Below, piece by piece: positions 8,123-17,404 of a DNA stretch of 64,000 nt (within the stretch, counting starts at the first letter, position 1; each line of letters opens with the position of its first letter). The notes under the pieces were generated by a model. It was given only the letters and a program-made list of their open reading frames with translations, did no database searches and was not told the origin of the DNA. The position numbers and the translations under genes were made by a program. The stretch comes from an uncultured Thermococci archaeon (GTDB lineage: Archaea; Methanobacteriota_B; Thermococci; Methanofastidiosales; B48-G16): positions 32,001 to 96,000 of the forward strand of contig CAZQQT010000001.1 in the NCBI GenBank assembly GCA_964595645.1, written 5' to 3'.

Positions 8123-9754
8123 CTATAACATCAGTGGGATCATTTTTATTATTGCCAAGAGTGCACCCACGACTCCTTCCCCTCCGATCAGCCCTGCGGC
8201 TACAAGTCTTTCCGTTTCATCTTCTTCTTTCTTTCTATTGAGGTAGTGGATTACACCACCGATAAAGAATGCAATAGAGAGATATAGAGGAATGAATATT
8301 CCGACGCCGAAAACCATACCTGGACGTCCTAGGAGGGTAATGCTTGTCCCAAGGGCTACACCTATAAGAAAGATTTTCAGATCGATTATACCGAGCATAT
8401 ACGAGACGCTTCGGGCTTGAAGTGCGTACAACTCCTGACTTCCAAGTTCAAAGGCATTGAGAACAGCGAGCAGACTGAACCCAACCACCGCGGATCCGAT
8501 GACAACTCCAAGCAACTGTGCCTTTGCCTGCTCTTTTGGGGATGTACCTAGTATATGTCCCGCCTTCAGATCGAAAAGCAGATCACCTGCTACACCGACG
8601 GAAACAGCGGCGATAGCAGCGATAAATACACTCTCGAGCGTACCCAGAGACACAGCGATTTTCACGAAAAGAACGATGAGTACAGCAAAGACCTCCATGG
8701 GGTCGATACTCACCTCACCAGTCATCCTCCCTGCAAGGGCGGTCATCACCCATATACCAAGAATTGCAAGTACAGATGCACCAACACCCAGATCTAAAAT
8801 CACACTCATAACAAACACGGAGACCACAGCAAACACAGGTATCCACCGTGGCGTTACCTCCTCTTTCGACACACGAGTGGAGACCATTGCCTTAAAGGTC
8901 TGTATACTCGAGGGGATGACTTTCAAGAGGAATATTGTGATACCACCACCAATCACGGCGCCAACACCCAGTGGCAGTATATACTCGGTCATCTGTGCCA
9001 TTGGTACGTTGTAAAGGTAGTGGATGAGAGGCTGGAAGATATAATACGAGAAAAGACATCCCAGAAACCATATGGAGACGATTTTGTATCCTATGAGATA
9101 TCCAGCCCCAATAGCCATGGGCATGAAAGGAACTTGAACTTTAAATGCTCCTGAGCTGAACTCTTTAAATACGGGAATGATTCCTTTAAAGGCGATATCA
9201 AGCCTTCCAAGGGTTAATGATACACCGTCTCGTAAAGTCGTGAATAGGGCAGAGAGCCCGAAAGCACCCAGAAGAATCTGTATTTTTCGTCCCCCTTCTT
9301 TTTCTCCTGCTCTGATCGTATCTGCAGTTGCTTCTCCTATTACGAAGGGAAGTTTCTCTTCGAGTATCATGCTTTTTCGTAGATAGGCAGAAAAAAGAAC
9401 ACCCATGATGCCACCGAGAAGTGCCAACAGGAACACCTCGAAGAGGAACCTCTCAGGACTGGCGGTGAACGTTGCAAAGAGATCTGCATCGAGGAAGTAT
9501 ATGGCAGGAATGGTAAAACATATCCCCGCTGCAAGAATACCACCAGTGGACGCAGCTGTCTGCGCAATATTTATTTCATGCGCATCCACATCCTTTTCCA
9601 ATCGCAGGAGTTTGTAGATCCCTATTGCCATCAGTGCAGTGAGAATTGAGGCCCACATAAATGCGTTCATCCGGAGTGTAATGTACACTCCTGACATCGT
9701 CATTAGTACAGCGAGGATACTACCGAGGATATACGATCGTAATTTTATTGTCAT
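8123..9754 (-). CDS. OPT (oligopeptide transporter)/YSL family transporter
   Basis: EINIAQTAASTG, FTIPA, E.LPF..GEATA, DLKAGHILG.SP..Q, GLIGGEG, many TM segments. Confidence 0.9.
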   Translation of the reverse strand: MTIKLRSYILGSILAVLMTMSGVYITLRMNAFMWASILTALMAIGIYKLLRLEKDVDAHEINIAQTAASTGGILAAGICFTIPAIYFLDADLFATFTASPERFLFEVFLLALLGGIMGVLFSAYLRKSMILEEKLPFVIGEATADTIRAGEKEGGRKIQILLGAFGLSALFTTLRDGVSLTLGRLDIAFKGIIPVFKEFSSGAFKVQVPFMPMAIGAGYLIGYKIVSIWFLGCLFSYYIFQPLIHYLYNVPMAQMTEYILPLGVGAVIGGGITIFLLKVIPSSIQTFKAMVSTRVSKEEVTPRWIPVFAVVSVFVMSVILDLGVGASVLAILGIWVMTALAGRMTGEVSIDPMEVFAVLIVLFVKIAVSLGTLESVFIAAIAAVSVGVAGDLLFDLKAGHILGTSPKEQAKAQLLGVVIGSAVVGFSLLAVLNAFELGSQELYALQARSVSYMLGIIDLKIFLIGVALGTSITLLGRPGMVFGVGIFIPLYLSIAFFIGGVIHYLNRKKEEDETERLVAAGLIGGEGVVGALLAIIKMIPLML

Positions 9755-9836
9755 ACCTGCTCCTTTGAGAAACTGTATATAAAGTTTTTCTATAAAGTAT
9801 ATAGAATAGAGAAAAAAAATATAGTATCTATATAGA

Positions 9837-10256
9837 TCAATCGAAGGTTTTGTTCATTTCTTTCCGTTTGATGTACTTGTCTAGTGTGTCTGCATCCAGT
9901 GTATTGAACGAGAGCTTTTCGAGTACCTTCTCAGTGATCAGCTGTTTTTTGACCTCTTTTTCAACCTTGTTTCCCTCAAGTTTTCTTGGTACCGAGTATT
10001 TTAACTGCTTAAATACCTCCGCAACCTTCTCCCCTGACATTCTTCCTTCGGGGACGATATCTGCAACGATACTGTCTATTTCTTCCATATCGAAATCTTT
10101 TTCAAAGTACTCAAACAGTTTCCTATCAACTGTATCTCGAACAGAAAGTAAAAGCCTCGCGATGTCAACATCGTTCGTCTTTTCCGTGATCTCCATCTTT
10201 TTTGCCACAATCCATTTCTCATGTTTCCCAACAAAATTTATTTTATCGTCCATCAT
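9837..10256 (-). CDS. DUF2666-like archaeal protein
   Basis: INFVGKHEKWIVAKKM..DVDIARLL. Start set at Met after a GGTGA RBS. Confidence 0.7.
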   Translation of the reverse strand: MMDDKINFVGKHEKWIVAKKMEITEKTNDVDIARLLLSVRDTVDRKLFEYFEKDFDMEEIDSIVADIVPEGRMSGEKVAEVFKQLKYSVPRKLEGNKVEKEVKKQLITEKVLEKLSFNTLDADTLDKYIKRKEMNKTFD

Positions 10257-10491
10257 ATCACCTGAGATCGATAACCGTATATTTTCTTTCCAGTTGTTCC
10301 TTCCAATGTGGTAATAGTATAAAAAATTCACTGTTCTTTCTCTTCACTATTCGTTCTTTCCAACATCAAGATCTGTTACAATTGATTACGTGTATGTATA
10401 GCAAAATGTACTTCGTTACTAGGAGGTCTTTTCCTATAAAATAGGAATGGTTTTTTAAATTATTTATGCAATGCACAATACCTACTTTTAT

Positions 10492-11433
10492 TTATCCATG
10501 CTCTACGTTCTTTCCTTTCTCCCAGATATACGCGGTGATCCCCTTTTTCTCTTCAAACCCAATTTTTCTGTAAAGAGAGACAGCAGGAACGTTATTCTTG
10601 CTGACACCCAACCTTACTTTATTGACATTGTTATCAATTGCATCTTCCAGCGTTTTGACAAGAAGTGCTTTGCCCAGTCCTTTGCCCCGATGATCCTTCG
10701 ATACAATAGTTTCGGGGATGAATCCTTCTTCTTTTACAAGAGTAAAAAGAACTGTGCCACAGATATTCGAGTTAAAAAAGGATATTTTACTTATCTCTTT
10801 ATCAAACCGGCCTGACGCACCATTTATCAATGCAGTTATCATTTTTTTTGTTCCTGCGATGGTCTTCAATTCAGGATACACGATCTGATCGATAGTTCCT
10901 TTGTACCCCTCATAAATTAAGTGGCTCACCTCACCCAAGTACACATCATCCCAGCTTTCTATTTCATATCCTTTAGTAATTCTCGATGAAGGAAGTTCTA
11001 CAGGCAACTCTACTACCATCGTCACTCTCTCTATTGTTTCAAACCCCAACTCTCTGAAAATTTTCCTGACTTGCTCCTTATTCGTTAAAATTGGAGCTTC
11101 ACAATTTATCCGTACAACATTTAATTCTTTTAATCTATTTATACAATGATTTATTAGTTCAGAATAGATTTTTTTATCCTCTTCCCCCGGTATAGCATAT
11201 AAAAAATTTATTCGCCCGTTTTCATCGGATTGTGTGTACACTACTAGTCCCAACGGCTGTTCATCTATTACCGCTGTAAATCCTTTCACTTTATCTGATT
11301 TTATTGCTTTCTTGAGCGATGTTGTCATATCTGCTAGGCCTGTCCCAAATACTTTCTCCCCCCGTCTATCAAAATCACAGACAATATCTACAGCATCGGT
11401 TGTTGATTCATCCACGTTTAATATTTTTATCAT
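10492..11433 (-). CDS. Tandem GNAT N-acetyltransferase
   Basis: C-terminal HRGKGLGKALL and N.PAVSLYRKIGF, with a degenerate N-terminal GNAT. Confidence 0.88.
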   Translation of the reverse strand: MIKILNVDESTTDAVDIVCDFDRRGEKVFGTGLADMTTSLKKAIKSDKVKGFTAVIDEQPLGLVVYTQSDENGRINFLYAIPGEEDKKIYSELINHCINRLKELNVVRINCEAPILTNKEQVRKIFRELGFETIERVTMVVELPVELPSSRITKGYEIESWDDVYLGEVSHLIYEGYKGTIDQIVYPELKTIAGTKKMITALINGASGRFDKEISKISFFNSNICGTVLFTLVKEEGFIPETIVSKDHRGKGLGKALLVKTLEDAIDNNVNKVRLGVSKNNVPAVSLYRKIGFEEKKGITAYIWEKGKNVEHG

Positions 11434-11484
11434 AACCTTTCTTATACTTCATTAGGAACATATCTTTTAAATATTTAACTCTTA

Positions 11485-12096
11485 CTATATTTTCCGTCGT
11501 ACCCAGTCTTCATAAAACTCTTTTATAGAGTCAAATAGTAAATCAGCATGTTTTAATGTTTTTTTCGTTCCCGATCCACTTAAAAGCCCGACGGTCATAC
11601 ATCCCAATGTTCTCCCCGCCTCTATCTCAAAGTGATGATCTCCCACCACCACACACTCTTTTGGTCCTGTTCCCATTCTCTCCAGTGCCGCTTCGATATG
11701 CATTTTGTCCGGTTTTACCCTCTCCACATCATCTCGTGAGATTATTACGTCGATATACGTTTCTATATCTGTTTTTTTTACTGATTTCATACATGATTCT
11801 CTGTTGTTTCTTGTGATTATGCCAATTTTTATGTTTCTTTCTTTTAAATACTGCAAACATTCTATACTGCCATCGATAAGTTCTGAATTCTCGGCAGCCT
11901 TTCTCTCTTCTTCTTGGACATACTCAAAGGCGCGAACTTTCAGTACTGAGTCCTGAATTTTTGAGATGGATTCAAGAAGCGATCCTTCTGTCTTTCCGAT
12001 GAGATCTGTGAGATCAGACTGCATCTTGCCAAAATCGAGCTTCATCCGCACCAACGTTCCATCGAGATCGAAAAGGAAGACGTTATACATCTTCAA
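11485..12096 (-). CDS. HAD hydrolase (phosphoglycolate phosphatase-like)
   Basis: FDLDGTL, ITRN, KPD, VGDHHFE. Confidence 0.9.
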   Translation of the reverse strand: MKMYNVFLFDLDGTLVRMKLDFGKMQSDLTDLIGKTEGSLLESISKIQDSVLKVRAFEYVQEEERKAAENSELIDGSIECLQYLKERNIKIGIITRNNRESCMKSVKKTDIETYIDVIISRDDVERVKPDKMHIEAALERMGTGPKECVVVGDHHFEIEAGRTLGCMTVGLLSGSGTKKTLKHADLLFDSIKEFYEDWVRRKI

Positions 12097-12611
12097 TTCC
12101 GCTCCTCAAAAAATTTTCTACAGATATTTCTAAATGTCTTTATATCTCTATCATTGATAATCATCCTGTCTGCTAGGGCAATTGCATTTCCAAGTCCAAA
12201 ATCGAGTTCTCTGAGATCTCTTTCATGGAATTTCTCATACGTCTTGGGATCGTCCTCCCGTCCCCGCTGTACCAGCCGTGCAAACCGTTCCTGAGGAGAT
12301 GCATGAATCGCTACGAGGTAACAGTCATAGTACTTAGAAAACTCTTCCACCTCTTTATAGGCGCGTATTCCATCAATCACGGTCTTTTCGGGTCTTACTA
12401 TTCTACTGACTGCCAGCTTCGCAAGTGCAGCTTTTCCCCTTTCTTTCCTCAATATTTTGGCTATTTCTCCGGCCTTTTCGAGACTGTGTCCTCTCTTTTG
12501 CGTTTCCTCCCGCACAATATCCCCCAGCACAATCACACTATATCCTGCCTTCCTGCCCATTTCTGTGAACACCCCCTTTCCACTTCCGGGCATGCCGACA
12601 ACGCATATCAT
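12093..12611 (-). CDS. P-loop kinase, UPF0200/dephospho-CoA kinase-like family
   Basis: VGMPGSGKG, GDIVREE, IDGIR, RGREDD, RDLRELDFG. Confidence 0.85.
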   Translation of the reverse strand: MICVVGMPGSGKGVFTEMGRKAGYSVIVLGDIVREETQKRGHSLEKAGEIAKILRKERGKAALAKLAVSRIVRPEKTVIDGIRAYKEVEEFSKYYDCYLVAIHASPQERFARLVQRGREDDPKTYEKFHERDLRELDFGLGNAIALADRMIINDRDIKTFRNICRKFFEERN

Positions 12612-12635
12612 ATTATGTATAGAAAAAAAGAATTT

Positions 12636-13064
12636 TTAAACCTTTTTCATCATGAGAATCCCATCATCACTGTTCTTGTAGTAGTCTGGAAGCTCCTTTA
12701 CTGTGGAGAATCCCAATTTTTTGTAGAGATTTTGGGCACCCACATTGTGTTTCCTGACCTCCAATTTTGCTCTTTCTGCTCCCTCCCTCTTGAATATCTC
12801 GAGGAGTCTCTTCACAAGATGTGTTCCTATCCGCCTTCCTCTGAACTCTTCCTCTACAGCGAGTGAGATGATATGTCCTTCAGACCCATCCAAAATCCCG
12901 ATGATATACCCGATCACATCGTCCTCACAGGCAACGAGAAAGGTCTCTTCGTGAGAACTGTACAAATAGTTGATAAGAAGTGGATCATAAGGGGAGTTGA
13001 ATGTGGAGGCCTCTATCTCCGAGATCCTTTTCAGATCCGCCGGTTGTGCTTTCCTGATTCTCAT
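12636..13064 (-). CDS. rimI: RimI/Ard1-like N-terminal acetyltransferase
   Basis: GHIISLAV, RGRRIG, LEVRKHNVGAQNLYKKLGF, YY..SDDG. Confidence 0.88.
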   Translation of the reverse strand: MRIRKAQPADLKRISEIEASTFNSPYDPLLINYLYSSHEETFLVACEDDVIGYIIGILDGSEGHIISLAVEEEFRGRRIGTHLVKRLLEIFKREGAERAKLEVRKHNVGAQNLYKKLGFSTVKELPDYYKNSDDGILMMKKV

Positions 13065-13133
13065 AGGATCTACGCTCCTTAAAAAAGCCTTACGAACTCC
13101 ATCATGCAAGTAGAAATAAAATAAAAAATAAAG

Positions 13134-13910
13134 TTATTCTTCTTTTTCAGTCGATCCGCCCTTTGTAAGCCAGTTGAGGAATTCCATCGGGAACGGCAGT
13201 ATTACAGTCGATGCATTCTCAGCAGATACCTCTGATATCGTCTGCAACAGTCGCAGCTGTAGTGTCATTGGTTCTGTAGCCATTTTTCTCGCTGCCTCTG
13301 TAAGTTTCTCTGCAGCCTGAAGTTCTCCTTGAGCGTTGATCACTTTTGCCCGTCGCTCTCGTTCTGCCTCAGCCTGGGCAGCCATGGATCGTTTCATTGC
13401 AGACGGCAACTCCACGTCCTTTATCTCCACAGCGGAGACCTTGATCCCCCATGGATCGGTGGCGTCGTCTATCACCGTCTGGAGTTTCTTGTTCAGTTTA
13501 TCCCGTTCACTTAACAGCTCATCGAGATGTGCTTCTCCTATGGTACTTCTCAGCGTGGTCTGGGAGATTTGTGAGGTTGCAGACACGTAGTTTTCTACCT
13601 GCACGATTGCATTTGCAGCGTCCATTACCCGCAGATACACCACAGCATTCACTCGCACGGGGACGTTGTCCTTGGTCATTACCTCTTGAGCGGGGACATC
13701 GAGGACCTTGGTTCGTAGACTTACCTTGTACATTCGATCGATGATCGGAATGATGAAGAATATTCCAGGTCCCTTTGCGCCCTTCAATCGTCCAAGCCTG
13801 AGAATGACACCTCTCTCAAACTCCTTGACAATTTTTATCGCAGAGCTTAGTATCATCAAAATAATGACAACGATAAGTATTCCTGCCAGCTGTACGAAAT
13901 TTAACTCCAC
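13134..13910 (-). CDS. Slipin/stomatin (SPFH domain) protein
   Basis: ERGVILRLG, GPGIFFIIP, TKDNV, QTTLR, WGIKV, QAEAERERRA. Confidence 0.96.
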   Translation of the reverse strand: MELNFVQLAGILIVVIILMILSSAIKIVKEFERGVILRLGRLKGAKGPGIFFIIPIIDRMYKVSLRTKVLDVPAQEVMTKDNVPVRVNAVVYLRVMDAANAIVQVENYVSATSQISQTTLRSTIGEAHLDELLSERDKLNKKLQTVIDDATDPWGIKVSAVEIKDVELPSAMKRSMAAQAEAERERRAKVINAQGELQAAEKLTEAARKMATEPMTLQLRLLQTISEVSAENASTVILPFPMEFLNWLTKGGSTEKEE

Positions 13911-13984
13911 GTTTTCTCACCTCCTTCCATATTTATTTTTTTCATACTCATACTATCTTTTCTTCTATCTTATTAAAACTTTCC

Positions 13985-14926
13985 TTATTCATTCAATGAG
14001 TACAACGGGATTTCTTCTCTTTTTAAAAATGCCGTCATGCAGTGAATGCTCCCATACCCTTTCATGATTTCACTTACGTCGACAGGGATTGTCTCAACGC
14101 CTCTTTCTTCCAGAAGCTTTTTTGTTTGAGGATTTCCAGTGGGCATCACAATCTTCCCGGGCTCAAGTGCTACAACATTCAGTGCAAACGTATAAAACTC
14201 TTCTAAGGGGACATCAATTATATGAAAATCTCTTTTTAGAAGCTCTTCATATACAATATTGGGCGTGAGAAGTCTGACAGCAAGTGCAGTGTGTAGATCG
14301 ACAAAAGAAAGAAAACCATCCAAATGAGCTTGTGCACGGGGAATATTCACTTTGATAATATTGTTCACCCCCATGGCTCTCAGTTCCCTCTCTACCTGCG
14401 CTGCACCGGCTGAGTTACACCGGTATCCTTCCCCGAGGATTACTGTCTCTTTATCAAGCCAGAGCCCGCATGCTCCCTCAAATATTCCCTCTCCACTGAT
14501 GGTCTTGAGTATTGGTACTCCCAGTTGCAGTAACTGGAGTGCGGCATACCGTTCCTCTCCAGCCCTACAGGAAAGGGCCGGCCTGGCAACAATTGCTCCT
14601 TCAGGGGTCATAAACACGAGATCCCTGACATATATACCGTTCGGTCTATTCTTCGGCATTTCTTCAATATAGTGTACCTTTACTCCGTGCCCCTTGTATA
14701 TTGTGGTGAGCGTGTCATGTTGTTCTCTGACCGTCGCAGGATCCCATAGTTCCTTCATTCTCCATTTTTGAGGGTCACCGAGATTCTCTATCTCCTCCCC
14801 CGGTCTTCTCATGAGTACCGCTTTTAATGTACCTATCTCTGAAGATACTCCCCAATCGCCCCATATTTTGGGTATTTCTTCTTTAAAATTAGCTTTTCTA
14901 AGCTTTATATTTATATCTTCCTTCAT
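13985..14926 (-). CDS. Amidinotransferase/dimethylargininase (pentein) family enzyme
   Basis: SEIGTLKAVLMRRP, YVRD, RAGEE, FEG, HLD, GSIHCMT catalytic Cys. Confidence 0.9.
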   Translation of the reverse strand: MKEDINIKLRKANFKEEIPKIWGDWGVSSEIGTLKAVLMRRPGEEIENLGDPQKWRMKELWDPATVREQHDTLTTIYKGHGVKVHYIEEMPKNRPNGIYVRDLVFMTPEGAIVARPALSCRAGEERYAALQLLQLGVPILKTISGEGIFEGACGLWLDKETVILGEGYRCNSAGAAQVERELRAMGVNNIIKVNIPRAQAHLDGFLSFVDLHTALAVRLLTPNIVYEELLKRDFHIIDVPLEEFYTFALNVVALEPGKIVMPTGNPQTKKLLEERGVETIPVDVSEIMKGYGSIHCMTAFLKREEIPLYSLNE

Positions 14927-16227
14927 ATTTTTCTTACCTTCAGTTTAAGTCCGTGCATTTCTATTACTTCGACTTTCTCACCTTTCTTTATCTTCTCGTC
15001 ACTGTAAACATTCCATATTTCACCGCGACCACGTATCTGACCCTCAGGGTCAATGTCAGTTAGAGCGGTGCCTTTCACTCCTAGCATTTGTTCTTCCCCC
15101 GTGGTAGGTTTTGTTCTTCTGAGTTGTAGTGCCTTTGAAATTCCAAAAATAAAGAAGAGCGCCACTGAGACTGTCACAATGATAACGAGATATCTGAATT
15201 CGGTAAAAAACTCTCTTCTAATCACCCATTCCGTCTCCTGTGAAGCAGAAAATAAGAGCATCGAACCGAAAAAGAAGGACACAACACCGGCGGTAGTGAA
15301 TAATCCAAAGGTGGGCGTGAGAAGTTCTACCACGAAGAAGAGTATTCCCAGTCCGATTAGAAGAAATCCTCCGAGATTAAATCCTACATAGCCCTGCGCA
15401 ATGATGCCAAGACCGAGACAGATGGCGCCGACCGTTTCCGGCACATGCCATCCAGGTGTAGTAAATCCAAAGAACAATCCTAAAATTCCTATGGTAACCA
15501 AAAAATATGCGAGGTTAGGGTTGGTGATCGTGATGATAAATTTATCCTTAAATGATTTTTCAATGATCTCTACTTCCGCACCATCAACATCGAGTCTATC
15601 CTCTCTCCCTTTCAACTTCATTCCGTCGGCCTTTTCCAGGAGCTCGTATTTGTCGTCAGCTTGGAGTTCTATTAATTCTTTTTCAAGTGCTTCTTGAGGA
15701 GTGAGGCTCAGATTCTCTGTGACGAACTTCTCTGCTTCATCTGGATTTCTCCCGTGTCCTTCTGCGAGTGACCGCATATAGCTCGTATAGAAGTTCACCG
15801 TTTTTTCAGGAGCTTCGAGAATCTTCCCTGTCTGCGGATCGTATCCGAGAATAGGTTCACATGCACCTATAGATGTGCTTGGAGCCATTGCTATGAGATT
15901 AGAGGCCATTGCAATGTATGTGCCTGCAGAGGCGGCAATTGCTCCCTTTGGACTTACAAAAACAATTATTGGTACATCAGAAGAGTCTATTTTCTTTATT
16001 ATATTCATCATCGCGTCCCCTCTTCCTCCGGGAGTATCTATCTCTATAATCAGTGCTGTTCCATCGGTATTAGCCTTATCTACAGCTTTTCTCACAACTT
16101 CTTCTGTTGCTGGACCTATTTCTCCTTCTACTTCTACCACGTAGACTTTCTTCGCCGAGGAGAGCGTCGGCATTAGAATTGCCGGCAAAAGAAGCCCGAG
16201 GAGCAGGATCAATACAATTTTTCTCAT
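14923..16227 (-). CDS. nfeD: NfeD long-form membrane-bound serine protease (stomatin operon partner)
   Basis: IDTPGG, AASAGTYI, GACEP ClpP-like domain, TM region, C-terminal OB fold (GEIW). Confidence 0.94.
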   Translation of the reverse strand: MRKIVLILLLGLLLPAILMPTLSSAKKVYVVEVEGEIGPATEEVVRKAVDKANTDGTALIIEIDTPGGRGDAMMNIIKKIDSSDVPIIVFVSPKGAIAASAGTYIAMASNLIAMAPSTSIGACEPILGYDPQTGKILEAPEKTVNFYTSYMRSLAEGHGRNPDEAEKFVTENLSLTPQEALEKELIELQADDKYELLEKADGMKLKGREDRLDVDGAEVEIIEKSFKDKFIITITNPNLAYFLVTIGILGLFFGFTTPGWHVPETVGAICLGLGIIAQGYVGFNLGGFLLIGLGILFFVVELLTPTFGLFTTAGVVSFFFGSMLLFSASQETEWVIRREFFTEFRYLVIIVTVSVALFFIFGISKALQLRRTKPTTGEEQMLGVKGTALTDIDPEGQIRGRGEIWNVYSDEKIKKGEKVEVIEMHGLKLKVRKI

Positions 16228-16247
16228 ACTCTTACCACATCCCCTGT

Positions 16248-17015
16248 CTATTTATAATTTTTCCTACTCTTTTCTTCAAAGAAATTCTTCGATACTACGA
16301 GGATTCTATCTGAAAAAGTAGTCAACCGTTCTAAATGTCCTACCCAATACACAATTAGTCCCGATCCAAAAATTCGAACGTAGGGACGGAGTTGCCCTCC
16401 AAAATCTTCCTTGAATTTAATCAGGTCGCCGAATCCTGCCTTGCTCTCTATCCATCGGACCTCAAGTCCATCGAGAGAAAGGGGATTCATAAGGAGAAAA
16501 TCCGGCGTTTTTCTAAAATTTTCCTTCCGTGCATCCCCCTCCGTGATGAATTTGATATCTCGCTCTACCAACCACTCTTCTATCTCTTTTTCAGACTTGA
16601 TTCCACTCTCTCTCTGGAGATCAATATACTTTGGAGAGTACACAATATCATGTTCCACCGCTTCCTGCACCTCCTTTTTTATTCGCTCATCTTTAATCGA
16701 ATCAGGATTTTTAAGATATTTTTTAAACTCTTTGTTTGAAAATTTATATTCAAAAATGAACGAAGCAGTCAACACAGGGGGGAAATTGTATTTTTTTGAG
16801 ATTGTCATAATACTTTTTCCATTTTTCCATTCTCTCTCTAATTTTCCACGTTTTCCCTTTATTTTATAGTACTTTTTCTTTGTTTTTCTTACTATCTTCT
16901 GGCAAAGGATTGACCAGAGTGCATCCTCTTCCATATCAAAATTCTTTGCTATTGGATCTATATCCTCTTTGCTGTTCAATCTCCTATATATTTTCTTGTA
17001 CAGTTCATAATTCAT
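16248..17015 (-). CDS. CDIN1/C15orf41 (TPD) family PD-(D/E)XK nuclease-like protein
   Basis: KTPDFLL..WIESKAGFG, QLRPY..FGSGLIVYW, N-terminal HTH-like helices. Confidence 0.85.
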   Translation of the reverse strand: MNYELYKKIYRRLNSKEDIDPIAKNFDMEEDALWSILCQKIVRKTKKKYYKIKGKRGKLEREWKNGKSIMTISKKYNFPPVLTASFIFEYKFSNKEFKKYLKNPDSIKDERIKKEVQEAVEHDIVYSPKYIDLQRESGIKSEKEIEEWLVERDIKFITEGDARKENFRKTPDFLLMNPLSLDGLEVRWIESKAGFGDLIKFKEDFGGQLRPYVRIFGSGLIVYWVGHLERLTTFSDRILVVSKNFFEEKSRKNYK

Positions 17016-17400
17016 CGTTCTCAACCTTGTTCAGATAGTAGTATATTGTTCTCCTCGGAATCTCGAGTCTCTCCGAAATTGTCGTGACAGGAACTCCGTC
17101 ACTATACAGATCGAGCATTGTCTGTATTTCTTCCTTCGTGTATTTTCGTGGCCTCCCAACCTTCACATCCCCTTTTTTTAGTGATACCCCTACCTCTTTT
17201 AATGCATCCCTTACCCGTGCGGAGGTGAGCTCGTAGAGACTTGGAGGACAGAGAATTGTCTTCACGTGGGGGTCATGTTCCAGTAACGCAACAACGACAT
17301 CGATTGAGGGACGTATTGAGAGATATACTACTTCATCATTTACACCCTCTTTGATTTCCTCAAGGACCTTCTCTTTATCTGTATGTTTTATTACCTTCAC
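17005..17400 (-). CDS. DUF1699-like protein with C-terminal HTH
   Basis: VYLSIRPS, CPPSLYELTS, GRPRKY followed by HTH (ISERLEIPRRTIYYYL). Confidence 0.75.
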   Translation of the reverse strand: MKVIKHTDKEKVLEEIKEGVNDEVVYLSIRPSIDVVVALLEHDPHVKTILCPPSLYELTSARVRDALKEVGVSLKKGDVKVGRPRKYTKEEIQTMLDLYSDGVPVTTISERLEIPRRTIYYYLNKVENDEL

Positions 17401-17404
17401 GTAC

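Noticed and set aside
7311-8246. Long antisense ORFs (also 47106-48122, 8457-9014, 28328-28993)
   Set aside because: Shadow frames opposite well-supported genes, with no motifs of their own.
10431-10447. Palindrome TTCCTAT-AAA-ATAGGAA in an AT-rich spacer
   Set aside because: Single copy with no adjacent regulator, so function cannot be supported.
12093-12611. Assigning the P-loop kinase as coaE to complete a CoA cluster with PanK
   Set aside because: The archaeal UPF0200 family is not established as dephospho-CoA kinase, and it lies in a different transcription unit.
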